The notes beneath the pieces are model-generated. The model saw nothing but the letters and a program-made list of their open reading frames with translations, did no database searches and was not told the DNA's origin. DNA of 64,000 nt from positions 6,996,448-7,060,447 of the forward strand of contig BDGG01000002.1 in assembly GCA_001949185.1 (NCBI GenBank), given 5' to 3'. The stretch is from Ramazzottius varieornatus. Taxonomy: Eukaryota > Animalia > Tardigrada. Made by a program: the position numbers and the translations under genes. This document shows, piece after piece, positions 27,098 to 39,467 of this stretch. The first letter of the stretch is position 1, and each line of letters opens with the position of its first letter.

Positions 27098-29629
27098 TTA
27101 CTTCAAGTCTTTGAGGACTCTTGATTGGGGTACGACTGGGATGGACGAAATAGCATGCGTAAGCGTGTCCAGCTGTCTAACTAGCATTTTGAGCACCTGT
27201 TGCTGTTCTTCCAGCTGCTGCGCTACATTTGTGCCGTTGACGCTGAGGATAAGCTGAGGTTTCCTGGTGGTACCAGGTGGCTTCAAGTTGATGACGCTGG
27301 ACGTCCTACCCTCGTCCACTTCGTCGTTGTCGTCGAACAGATTAGAGACCTGCTTACCTTCTTGTTTCTTACCCTCCTCGGCTGACTTGGAAGCTTTTGA
27401 CGAAGCGACTGGTTGTACTACCGAAATAGCGTCAGCAGGGACTTCAGGCACTCCCATCTCGTTAGGTTTGACGACAGAAATTTCACCGAACGGGATTTCG
27501 GCCGGCTGAGCATTGGCTTTGTTATCCTGCGGAGCGTGCGGAACACTTGCACTACCAACTATCACGGTACCGGATGGGAACTCGACTGTAGATGAGTTGG
27601 AGGGATCGGGAAACGCCACTTGGAAATCTGGCTTCGGGCTTTGCACTGTAATAGTCTACAAACAACCACAATGGATGGTTTTGCGGACTTTTAAACAGAA
27701 TGAGAAATGGCGAATAGCGTACCGTGTTCGCGCAAAGTGTGGACTTTGGCGTACAATCCAACCAGCCGGTTTCATCAGGCTGCCTTTTGGACTTCTGCAC
27801 CTTGATAACCTGAGGGAGAACATATCAGAAGTCAGAAAGCCGACCACAGTTTTCAAATTTATTGGACATACCTTCATTTTGTCATTTAGCTCATAGAGCT
27901 GATCATCACCAAGCATGAACCTGCAAAATACACACTCGTTGGTTTATCTCAGGTTGATGTTTGTTTGTTTGTTTGTTTGTTTGTTTGTTTTTTGTTACAT
28001 ACTGTACCTTTTTGGAAAGTCTGATATTTTTCCGACTCACTTTCAGGCAACTTACCTTCTACCGTCCGGTGTGTTGAAGACACCGGTGACGTTCTTTGGC
28101 CCTTCGGCAATATTCGCCAACAGATTAGGACTGTACTTGGGGTTGACCGGTGGAACGCCGTCGGGCTGGTAGAAGACAAACTTCGGTCCGCTGAGGAAGA
28201 CGTAGGTGTGATGATTCAGCTGAAAGGCACCTTCCACTGGAGTCGGCACTCCGTGAAACCCGGATGATATCTGCAGTGGTTCGGGAGAAGCGATGGCACG
28301 GCGAAGCGGACGGAATTTCATGTAGGTCGAGCCCTGAAATCAATCCCGACGATTACTTTGAAGTACTCTTCCGCGCTGTAATTGCGTGGAATAACACTTA
28401 CGAAGAATAGGTAGATATGGTCTTTCATCTGCAGAGCCGCCGTGATGTTGCTGCGAGCGTTCGGGAAAATGGTCTGGACATCCACCGGCCCGCCATGACT
28501 GTCGACTGCACTACCGTTTGGAGCGATCATATGGACCTTGCCGTTCTTGAAGGCCAGAACCATGTCGTCGTGAGGCACCAAAGCGTCAAACGGATACTGA
28601 AATTTGGACAGTCAGCTGTCAACTCCTGCCACTTGACGAAGGAAAAAAACTATCGGGAAACTCTGGAAAAACTGCTGCTGTTTTTCGATAGTTTTGGAAA
28701 AAGCTTACGTCAAGGCACGCTGGTTGAACTCGTTGGCAGGTGGAGCTCCCTGATGACACACTGACGGATAGTGAGCTCGCCTGCCGCTTCTTCCGGTATG
28801 TTGCATCTCCTTCGAACTGATAAATGTTCTTCCCTCTGGCCGCATCTACGACGAAACGGAAAATGGCTATCGAGCTCATCCCAAATGAAGCTAGTCTGCC
28901 TGAGTTTGGGCTTACCGATATCAAGAGTTTTCCTCGTGTTGGCTGCAGAAAAATAGGGCACGATTACAATGGATAAAACGAGGTTAAATCAGATTGAGCA
29001 GTAAATTTTACTTGATAAAGACGCCAGGAGTCTGGCAAACATGGGCGGAAACTGGTTTATGGTTTCCGGGTGGACCAATGTAGGGTCGAACCGAATGCGT
29101 GAAACATTCTTGGCAAAACTGGAAGCCAACTCAGATCCAATTGCTATCTTCTCCGCGCTCCTGGTTACTCTTGAAGTAGTACTGCGCCGTAGTTTTGGAG
29201 TCGCTAAAATTGAACAACATTAAGATAACGTACTATTTCTGCTCCCGTTGGATTCTAGGGTACAAACATGCAGTCACTTCCGTGCGATAGTTGCGCCACC
29301 AGACGTGCTCATGCTCAGGGGAACAGGACGCATAAACGTAAGGATGTATGTTATCAATACGAATGTCGACTTACCGGTACTCGTACTGGAAGCGAAGAAC
29401 CGGGGTGGTGGAGTTACCGGATCCTACCAAGGAAAACGAATAGATTGTGCATATGATAAACTTTAAGAAGAACGATCGGATTCGAAATTGTATTTGGTAC
29501 TTGATGAGAGTCGTTGAAGTCCAGGTGAGATTTTCCTCCAGTTAGAATATTAAGTGTCGACACATTGGCCACGATTATTCCAAACGTGATAAAGGCGGGC
29601 AGCAGCATGCTGGAAATACAGGCCTGCAT
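27098..29629 (-). CDS. Secreted hemopexin-repeat protein without a metalloprotease domain
   Basis: Signal peptide 'MLLPAFITFGIIVANVST'; RKKR at ~28784-28795; blades 'CLD|YPFDALVPHDDMVLAFKNG', 'NITAALQMKDHIYLFFGSTYMKF', 'FHGVPTPVEGAFQLNHHTYVFLSG' and closing 'GWLDC'; Pro/Ser-rich tail with a Gln-rich coiled coil. About 9-10 exons. Confidence 0.75.
27957..27989. repeat. (TTTG)n microsatellite, intronic
   Basis: About 7 units read directly. Confidence 0.9.
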
Positions 29630-30141
29630 GGTTCAGGACTTTCTGTGAAACCTGGTTCCTGTACAACACGGGCACTGTTGGCGAATCGGACTGAGGTTAG
29701 GTGGTTTGCTTGATGAAAGCTCGCTGAAATTCTAAAGTGTAGTGAAGTGTTGATCCTATATATATTTTCAAGTTTCTAAGTGGAAAATGGACCGATAATT
29801 GCATAATTCTTAGGCTGGCATTTCCGCGATGACGAGAGGTCCGGTCCTTCAGTCTTTTGACCGGTAGGCCTGCTAACTGTACGGGCCTATCAAATGTCCA
29901 CTGCATGCAAACCCTCGTGATAGTTTCGATGACCAACTGATCATGACATGCATATAGCGTTTCCGCATATAATCTAACACGCTTCACGAATTTTCAAGCT
30001 ACCTTTCTGCGATGGACAGCTGCACGTGCCACATCACAAAACGGAATCTGGTGTTCGGAGACCCAACTTCGTCATGAGGATCTGCACGTATGAATTTGTT
30101 CAGGTACTTCATTCGAGAACCAGCGTCTGTCGGAACACAGC

Positions 30142-30268
30142 TGGGATGCCGGCAATTGAATTGCCCCAGATCGCTTTTCCAAGTGGCGCACACTCTTGGC
30201 CACTAAAACTGAGAGCGTGCGCCACTTGAGACAGCGATCTGGGCGAATGTCTTTTGCTGGCGTCCCGA
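30142..30268. mobile_element. Palindromic dispersed repeat, best-preserved copy
   Basis: tgggatgccggcaa...cccagatcgcttttccaagtggcgcacactct / loop / agagcgtgcgccacttgagacagcgatctgggc...ttgctggcgtcccg. Confidence 0.85.
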
Positions 30269-30938
30269 CTAACTTTTTACCGTTACTTTACCAACTTTGC
30301 TTTGAGCCGACCGTTTGAGAGAAATCCGTCTTCTTAGTACGCGGGTCCACGGAGTTCCAGCCGATACCGAAAAAAGGAGACAAATAAAACATTGGGCAAA
30401 GTGAGACATGTGGACAGCTGGTGAGGTTCTCATATGCATACAACACTTGTCTTACTCGACGCGCCACATGGCAAACAGACGTAGGCGCTTGCAAAAACTA
30501 CTTTGTTTCGCTCAAGTGTGGCCTACAATGAGCTGGCGTGACAAGGGGAAGTGGCGCTTCTTGATCAGGGATGAAACGGCCCAATACGGACAGGAAACAT
30601 TGACAGCATTGAGTAAAGCGGTGTACAGAGTACAGAGATCTAATGTTGCCCTATGTTGGAAAGTGAGCAACAGTACTCAGCTTCTGTTGTGTGAATCCTC
30701 AAGGCCCCATGTTTGAACTGTGGAACAACTTTGTTACACGGGACACTTTGCTGTGATTAAGGAAAAGACCCATTTTGAGCACTTTTGAATTTCCGTGATT
30801 TTCGCGACCCTGAATTCAGCTATCTTCGAAAATGAACATCCTACTCGAATATTCGCAACTGGCACCACCATATGGATATTGTGAATCGTAGTTGATAGTG
30901 TTTTAGTCGATTTTCTACGGTTCTTCTGTCATTTGAGA

Positions 30939-33903
30939 ATGCAGAGGAATATGCAAAGGTATTTCGACAGAGCCAAGGAGTGGTACGTGGACAATGTCCA
31001 AGCCAGTAATATCCAGCATGATTCGGAGAAGGTGGAGTTTATGCATGCGGGAGACTACGGTCATGAGGATTACGACAACTATGGCGAGCAACCTAACACT
31101 TTCGCGAACTATCAGACATATGACGAAAATGGGGAGCAGATGCCGAATGGATTTAGCAATCAAAATGGAAGTTATGGGACTTATGGTCACGTTGGTGAAT
31201 ATGAAGAGTTTTCCGAAGGTGTGGCATCCAAGCACCACATTTCGGAATGGCAGGCTGGGTGGAACGTTACCAACGCCATTCAGGTACGCGACGTATATAT
31301 CTCGTGCGAAAGTATGCTCTGGTCAGTGGATATTTTGGCAAAGTGAAAATGAGTTGGAAGAGGGTTTCGGTTATGAGATATGGGAAAGGTCGCGGGTTGA
31401 AAGCTGGTTTCTAATTTCAGCCAAATTAAAACGGTGTACGTCTTGGAGCCCATTTGTATCCAAGACATGCTCAGATGCAATCACGCACGGGAATAATCAG
31501 ATTCTAACAGCAAACAGATCGCTGTAAAAGGCAATTCAAAATCGAGCGCAAAGGCGTTTGCGCTGAACGCACTTAGAAAGCAGATGGTCCTTTACCATGA
31601 TTGCCCCAAGCACGCCTTACATGGACGAACACAGGCATGCAGACCATTAAGGAACACGGTTTGCTAAAACTTCCACACTGCAGGCGCCCGATATATCTCT
31701 TCGTATCCGTTTTCGAAGCCTGATCGGTTTTTCGGAAAGTTTTTAAATTAGATTGATACATCGCGGTCACTTCGTCTTACGGTATCGACCTTCTGAGAAG
31801 CGTGATTATCTCAGAACCTATTTACCGAAGGAAACATCAGACGGACCATGTCAGCACAGGCGAAATGTATCCGTCTGATGATGCAGTGGTCTTTATTCTG
31901 TCAACGCTAATAAGGCAATATATAAGCGTTTCAGGTTTTACACTGCTTGTTTGCTGCGCAAGCAGCTTTGCACACAGCTGGATCTAAGCAAGTAAACTTC
32001 TCCAAACACCGCTTTTTTCCTCCCGGTTCTTCTGTTCACACAAAACGCTAAACGACAGTAGCGTAGCGCAAAAAGCAGGTTCACAGCCACTTTGAGGAGC
32101 TCTTCGAAAACGCCCACAGCCATAGCGTCAATCTGCGCATATGGGAAATCTCAAGAGCCACGCCCACTTCTAAACAACCATGGCGCTCAAATAAGAATCC
32201 TTTTCGAAACTTCGCTGTGAAACAAACTGTTTTTACCGTTGGTAAAACTAACTACCGCAGAAGAAAGCAACTTCATAACTTTTATAAAATTACAAGTTGG
32301 ATACTGAATGTAGCACCGTAAAAACTTCTCGCCCGGTTTCCTGATTTTGTAATATTTCAAAATATTCGCACTAAATTGGCTGTATTTTCAGGGTATGTTT
32401 GTGGTCAGTTTCCCATATACCGTTCTCAAAGGAGGCTATTGGGCCATCATATCAATGGTCTTTTTTGCGTACATTTGTTGCCACACCGGGAAAATATTAG
32501 TGGAATGTCTCTACGAGCCCAACCTAGATGGTATACCTGTTCGAGTTCGTGGGTCCTACATGGACATTGCCACCGCTGTCTGGGGTCCTCGGTGGGGTGG
32601 CTGGTTAGTAACTGCTGCCCAGCTGATCGAGCTGCTGATGACGTGCATCCTCTACACGGTTCTTTGTGGTGACCTTATGGAGGGAAGCTTTCCAGACGCC
32701 GCCATCGGTGCGAACGGCTGGATGACCATTGCTTGCATCATCCTGCTATCTTGTGCTTTTCTCCGGAATTTGCAGTCCGTTTCTTTTCTCAGCTTCTGGT
32801 GTACCGTAGCTCACTTCTTCATCAATGCCATCATCCTCGGCTATTGTCTCCTGCAAATCAAAAACTGGCATTGGAGCGCGGCAAAATTTGAAATCGATAT
32901 TTACTCGTTTCCCATCGCTTTGGGCGTGGTCGTTTTCAGGTACGCCACTCCCAACAAGATATGAAAAATGTATCAGTTTCGTTCTGATTTTACAGTTTAT
33001 TTTGATTCAATATTTTAGATAGATGGGAGACCCAAACGAAACGTACGATTGTTATCTTGAATGACGCACGTTTCGAGCAAATAATAATCAAAACGTTCGC
33101 CACTTGACGTATCGATCTTGAACGTTTCGTTTGCCGACCTCCCAGGTAGGTTAACTGATAAGTTTACGTCTGTTAGATTTGTAAATTCGTACTGCGCACT
33201 AATTCTTGATGTATTTTCCAGCTATACTTCCCAAATATTCCTCCCAACACTGGAAGGTTCCATGGCGAAGCCCGATCGTTTCAACACCATGTTAAACTGG
33301 TCACACATTGCCGCTGCAATCTTCAAAGCTCTCTTTGCTTACGTGGGCTTCCTGACTTGGGGCTACGAAACACAAGAAGAAATAACCAATAATCTGCCCA
33401 CGCAAGGTTTTAAAGCTACGGTCAATATTATTTTGGTGATCAAGGCTCTGCTGAGCTACCCGTTGCCCTTCTTCGCGGCGGCCGACACGTTGGAGCATGC
33501 GCTGTTCCGCAACAAGCCCGAGACGCCATTTCCGTCTTTTCGCAACCCGGACGGCTCACATAAGCCTTGGGGCATCGTCATGAAGATGGGCTTGGTTTTC
33601 TCAACACTAATCATGTCCATCGTCATCCCGCATTTCACCACGCTAATGGGACTTATTGGCAACTTTACGGGGACCATGCTGAGCTTCATATGGCCTTGCT
33701 ATTTTCACATGAGACTGAAATGGGATACCCTGGAATGGTGGATCATCTCCCTTAACGTTTTCATCATTTGTCTCGGCTTCATCATTGGCAGTGTTGGGAT
33801 ATATTATTCTACGTGGGAACTGATTCGGGCGTTCCAAGGGGAAGACGTCCACAAGGTTCTACCGATCCTGGCAGCCAACATCACCCACCTGCACAAGTTC
33901 TGA
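30939..33903 (+). CDS. SLC32A1: Vesicular inhibitory amino acid (GABA) transporter, VGAT/unc-47
   Basis: Exons 30939-31283, 32392-32939, 33222-33903. Diagnostic '[24 protein letters not shown]', 'AQLIELLMTCILY', 'FSYTSQIFLPTLEG', 'KALLSYPLPFFAA', 'GNFTGTMLSFIWP'. Confidence 0.95.
33024..33144. mobile_element. Palindromic dispersed repeat, copy in VGAT intron 2
   Basis: tgggagacccaaacgaaacg...tgacgcacgttt...aaacgttcgccacttg...cgatct...cgtttcgtttgccgacctccca. Confidence 0.7.
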
Positions 33904-34212
33904 AACCCGCCAATCCGGTTCAACCATCCCAGTGATCCTTAGGCATAACTCAAAATATTATTGTACCCAGAATGTAAAATTTTCCTCTGTATTTTCCTTT
34001 CATTGTGTTGCATGCTGATCGGGTGCTTCTCTTCGTAGAGGTGCAATAAAAAACTCTACGAATTAAAAAATTTACATCTTTGTTCAAAGAGTGAGGATTT
34101 TTTCTGTGAATGTGGGTTTGAAGTTCAGTAAAAGGTAAAACATAAAAATTTCCATAAGTCTTTCTAGAAAACGAACCGGAGGATGCTTTATGTGAAATAC
34201 CTTTTGCCTATT

Positions 34213-36622
34213 TTAGAGACCGCCAAGACAAATATACTTGACGTTCTGATACTCTACGAGGCCGTAGTGTGACCCTTCGCGTCCCAAGCCGCTTTCTTTC
34301 ACTCCGCCAAAGGGTGCTTCAACCGTGCTGATCATTGCGGTGTTCGCTCCAACCTATCGATCAGAAAGACGAAGTGAATCAATCGACGCTAAGTGTAATG
34401 CCTAAGATGCTAACCGCCAGGTTCGTCGGAGATTATTCTTACCATGCCCACTTCCAGTTTTTTCGCCACTCGCCATATTTGCGCCATATCTTGGGAGAAG
34501 AAGTACCCAGCCAATCCGACAGAGGTTGAGTTGGCGATCTTGACGGCTTCCTCTTCCGTCCTGAACTTGACTATCGGCGCAACAGGCCCAAAAGTTTCTA
34601 GAACCAATCAATGCGGTTAAACGGCAAACGTCCAGCAAACATACCCTGTAAAATTTTTCACACCTTCTCGCATAATCAAAGCATCTTCTGGTACATCCCG
34701 AATCAAGGTTGGCTCAAAAAACTGTGGACCTGCTTTGTGGCCCTTCCCACCTCTCACGATCTTTCCACCGTTCGACACTGCGTCTTCGACATGCGCTGTT
34801 ACCTGCTCGAAGGACTAACATCAGTCCCAATATCATGAATGTGTTTTACACCTACCTTTTCATTTTCCGAGAATAAGATCGTCGAACCTTGTCTAGCGCT
34901 TTCCGGTTGATCAAAGGACCCTGCGTGGAGCTTTGGTCGAAGCCATTCCCAACTTTCAGCTTCTTCTCGATCTCTTCGCCCATCTTCTGGACAAACTCAT
35001 CGTATATCTTTTCCTGCACCAAAATTCGGTTGGCACATATGCACGTCTGGCCTGATGCACGGAACTTGCAAAACACAGCAGCTTCAACAGCAGCCTTTAA
35101 GTCAGCACTGTCGAAAACAATGAACGGCGCGTTGCCACCAAGCTCCATTGAAACCCTCTTCATAGTCAACGCGCTCTGCTGCATCAACAGCTAAAAAAAT
35201 CAAGCACAATCGTCAAGACTCAGTACGAAACCAAAAAACTCATCATGACAGTAAAGGGTGTAAACAGCTTACCTTTCCAACGTGCGTACTTCCGGTGAAT
35301 GAAATCTTAGCCACGAGTGGTGATTCACAAAGGACCTTTCCAATTTCTGAAGCTTTCTTACCAGCCACGATATTCACCACACCAGGTGGTATACCAGCTT
35401 CTTCGGCCAGCGCTGCCAAGGCGAGAGCTGACAAAGGTGTTTCGGCAGCAGGCTTCATAACAACCGTACAACCAGCGGCGACTGCCGCGGAGACTTTTCT
35501 GGCCAACATGGAAGACGGGAAGTTCCACTACAAAGAACAAAATAAGCTAAGTTATGCTAAAAATGTCAATACGACGGTAAAAAGAGTTCTTACCGGTGTT
35601 ATGAGTCCGCAAACTCCAACGGGCTCTTTAATAGCAAAGAGTTGACGGCCTTTAGCGGGAGCTTCGATCACTTCGCCAGTTACATGGCGAATCATCTCGG
35701 AGTACCACTCGAAGAAGGATGCGCCAGACGCTACTTCTGCTTCCGCTTCAGCTAATGGTTTTCCCTGTGAACAGTCACCATGAGCAATAGTTTACTACTG
35801 TACCTCCCATTGCAGATTCCGCTGCGAAGAAGTTTACTTACATTCTCGGCTGTCAGAATCATCGATAATTCTTTCGTGTGTTTCGTGATCAGCTCGAACC
35901 ATCTCCGAAGGGCAGCGCTCCGTTGCTGAAATTGATAAGAAAACAAGAGAAATTAATGATTGACAATTAGCACATACGGTTACGGAGTTGAAAATAAATA
36001 ACGAAAGAACTGTAGGAGAAAAGCTGAGGTCGATCCTACGTTCGATTGAAAAGTTTGCTTCAAATGAGTGATAACCTCACCTTTGGCGTCGTTTTCTTCC
36101 ACGTTTGAAATGCATGAAAGGCTGCTTCGCTGCAAATGACAGTAGCTCTTTGAGTCTGATTAGCGTTATGCGAACCAATTTTTATCGCTCGAACTCTGCG
36201 GGAACATACATTGCTCGCTGAGTGTCTTCCGGTCCACAGTCGGCCACTACACCAATCTTCTCTTGCGTCGCTGGATTTATCACGTCGAAGGTTTCCCCGT
36301 CCGCTGATCCGACCCACTTGCCGTCGATGTAGGCTTTATCCCGAATCAGCGTCGCACTGCTCATAAATTCCTGGTACTTTGGAAGGGGCTGCGCGGAAGT
36401 GGCCATCGTTCGAGCTGGAAAAAAGGAACAATACAACAACCGGAAGTAAGTAAACGCGAAGTATCAAAGACGGTTAAATCACTCACCATTACTGTCATTG
36501 GACTCGACAAGGAGTAAGGAGCATCGGCGAACTAGAGCAGAGTTCTGGAGTGGATGCTGCAGTCTAGCAAATGATGTCCGATTAGGGAAAGCGTACTTGG
36601 CAAGTCGAGAAAGGGTAGCCAT
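34213..36622 (-). CDS. ALDH5A1: Succinate-semialdehyde dehydrogenase, mitochondrial
   Basis: Arg-rich N-terminal targeting-like exon 36622-36487; 'FDVINPAT', '[11 protein letters not shown]', '[11 protein letters not shown]', '[14 protein letters not shown]', catalytic '[14 protein letters not shown]', 'ETFGPVAP', '[16 protein letters not shown]'. Confidence 0.95.
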
Positions 36623-37124
36623 GATTCAGCGATCGTTCGTATCCCAGTTAACAGCAATCTTCCGTCGCTTGTCAGGGTTTCGCGCAAGGTTTCAGTCGGA
36701 CGTCGAAGACTACACACATCTTCAGACTACTGCTGGAAGAAGGAGACTTTGTTCGGAAAGGCTTCCTCAGAGATAGGAGATATGCCAGAGATATCGCGCT
36801 AGAAAACGATAACATTCAAACAGCTGGCGCAGGTGTCAGACTGTACTTCTGTACGGTCTACAGTCACTACAGTAAGTAAGAAGTTCCATGACTTATGTTA
36901 CTAGCATCTACATGATGACACTCTTATACGCAATGCTTTATTATTGGATTTGCACCGAAACGGCGTCAAGACAGCAAGCCGTGAAATCCCATTGTTCGTT
37001 TCGCGAGTCGCTGTCCTGCACAGTGGCCAGTATGACCTGCAGCCCCGTAGAAGGAAGTATCTAATAGTTTGAAGCGGTACCGTTGTGGATACCTTGGCAA
37101 AGTCGTGCGTTGGAAGCAAGGGCT

Positions 37125-37269
37125 TATTGAGGTCCCTAAAAGGTCCGCAGTTTGGCCCTTTTTCTACGATGTCGCTAGTCAGGACCGTGCCCGGCACAAC
37201 CCGAACTGACATTCCGTAAAAACTTCATAGAAAAAGGGCCAAATTGCGGACCTTTTAGGGACCTCAATA
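37125..37269. mobile_element. Young MITE with ~40-bp terminal inverted repeats and probable TA target duplication
   Basis: Left TATTGAGGTCCCTAAAAGGTCCGCAGTTTGGCCCTTTTTCTA and right TAGAAAAAGGGCCAAATTGCGGACCTTTTAGGGACCTCAATA are reverse complements with 1 mismatch in 42 bp. Confidence 0.8.
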
Positions 37270-37641
37270 CCAGTGTTGTTTTAGTATGACTTTTCGAGTT
37301 TAACTTCTACTTACTGTTAATTAAAACTCCCCAAAACTGCCAACTTCTAATTACTAATTACTCCCGGCGCCAAACTTAAGAAGTGAAACTTTTGCTTGAT
37401 TAGAAGTCCGCGGTTTCCCGAATTAAATTTAAATTTACATTTTCGAAAATTTTAGTTCATGCAAACGGCTGATCTCTGGCCGACATCGTTCCACATAGTC
37501 TGCATGCAGCAAACCATGCAAAGCTCTGAGACGAACCTTTAAACAGAAGGCAAAAACATCAGCATAGAAATTCCAAGCAACAAATCGATAACATCTTGTA
37601 CGACACATTGCAGAATTTGCGTACTGTAGCTATATTGTGCT

Positions 37642-37670
37642 ATACTGTACTGTACTGTACTGTACTGTAC
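37642..37670. repeat. (TGTAC)n pentanucleotide repeat
   Basis: About 5 units read directly. Confidence 0.85.
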
Positions 37671-38278
37671 ATTCAGGTGCGAATTTAGACTGGGGAACCG
37701 TAAATTTAAATTAGCATAAAAAAAGTCGGAAAAGCCGGTTTCGAGGTAGTTCTACTTCTAATTTTACTAATTAAAACAATATTGCTCAATACGCCCTTGG
37801 TCGGAAGACAGTAAAAAGTTGAAGCTGCAGTCCAAGAAGTGGAAGAACGAGAAGCTACCGGTTCTCTGGGCTCCCGAAACTTGCTGTAAGGAATACAGAG
37901 GGTGTTCTAGCCAGTAACGAATGTAGAAACGTAGTATCCGCCTTCTTGTCACCAAACTTGATCATAAAATGTGGCTGTAAATAGTACGAATGCGGCAAGT
38001 CAACATTCAGGTGCGAATTTAGCATATCTCTTGTTGTATTGGAAAGGGCACTACAAAGCCAAATGGACCGTGGTCAAAGTGAAGTGGTGCCCGGACGGTG
38101 GACCCCCTGTACGTAGGGTTGTGAAGTGGCGAACCAACAAAGGATTCAAATATACGGCACATTGATGGCCATGCTTCGGTATCGCTTTTCCTCTGATCAC
38201 TTGACGAGCGCTTCCGATACCACACAAGCTCAAGGTTCATGTATTTTTGTGTCTTAAATTTTTTGGGTGCACTGAGGA

Positions 38279-38961
38279 ATGATTATCATGCACCGGACGT
38301 ATGGGAATGCCGGTTGGAATTTTAACTCGCTGCGTCTTCTGTCGATTCTAATGATTCCTGGCGTGCAAGGTATAATAATTATTAAGGGTGGAGTCCGTGT
38401 TATTCTGCCTCAATTTCATTTTCTGGTTATTCTTGGTATCTTTCAGCTTTGGAATGCTTCTCATGTGTTAGTCAAGAAGATAATAATGAGAAATGCATCT
38501 CGACCATCCAGCTTTGCGATCCCGAAATCCATGATGCTTGCAGTACCAACATTCGATGGGGAGGTACAGTATGGAAATTGCCCCAGAAAACTCGGCCCAA
38601 AAAAAAGACTGATGGGACTTCCTTTACAGTTCCTTTCTTTTGGGTGCCGGCCATCAAGAGGATGCATTATATCAGCAAATCTTGTGACAACATGAGGAGC
38701 TGTCAAACGAGGAAGCGGCAATTGGAAGACCGCTGTTATCGAGACTGGTGGGCTGATTGGCAGTGCGAAGATTGCTGCAGTGGCGACCGGTGTAATCATT
38801 ACGTCGTGGTAGGTAATCCATGGCTTCTGGTCTTTCATCTTAATTCCAGCTAATCGTTTCTCTAGTTGGCTTCGGTGAGATCTGGCCTCGATTGTTGGCT
38901 TCTCCTTATCTGTATCATCCTCCCCCTCACAAAGCAATTGCGACTCTCCAGGACGATCTAG
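38279..38961 (+). CDS. cold: Ly6 three-finger GPI protein, coiled-like (septate junction protein family)
   Basis: Exons ~38279-38369, 38447-38563, 38629-38808, 38866-38961. 'LECFSC...NNEKCISTIQLC...CSTNIRWG...HYISKSC...RDWWADWQCEDCCSGDRCNHYVV' follows the Drosophila Coiled pattern as recalled. Confidence 0.8.
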
Positions 38962-39467
38962 AACGCTACAGGGATGTCAGTCGATACCTCTTTTTCTTCG
39001 ATCTCTACCGTCTACACTATATACCTGGTTGCAGTTCTCGTTGCTTTGACAGAGTCCCCTCGTATTCGGGTTAGTGTTATCTGAGTGGTTTTGTTACGTA
39101 ATGTGGCACGTTTCCAGCGAGCCGTATAAACTTTTCTTGGGAGATTGCCAAAAACCCACTTTGCCGATAGACAAAGCGCAGGCTCTTCGCTGAACAAACG
39201 TTAGAAGACGAGTAGACCTTGAAGTCGCAAACGGCGAAGTGTATTTGCGTGTCGTAAGATTTTTCTACGGCAGAAGTGCACTTGACTTGCAGATAGGCTT
39301 ATCATCTCGTCGAGATACAGTTTGGTTCAGCGTGAAACTTCATTCGAGTTGCGCGAAAGAAGTGACACGTGCCTGGATTCGAACACACACGACGTGTTAG
39401 TTGTCCTGCTCCATCTGGAATACTGTATTTGGGATTCTACAGTCTCGAAGTCGGGATCCCTCCCAAC

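Noticed and set aside
26685-27257. 190-aa plus-strand ORF
   Set aside because: It has a non-ATG start, runs through a repeat copy and overlaps the hemopexin gene's last exon antisense.
32040-32190. Repeated ACGCCCAC motifs reminiscent of Helentron/DINE elements
   Set aside because: Only two short matches, with no termini or second copy in the window.
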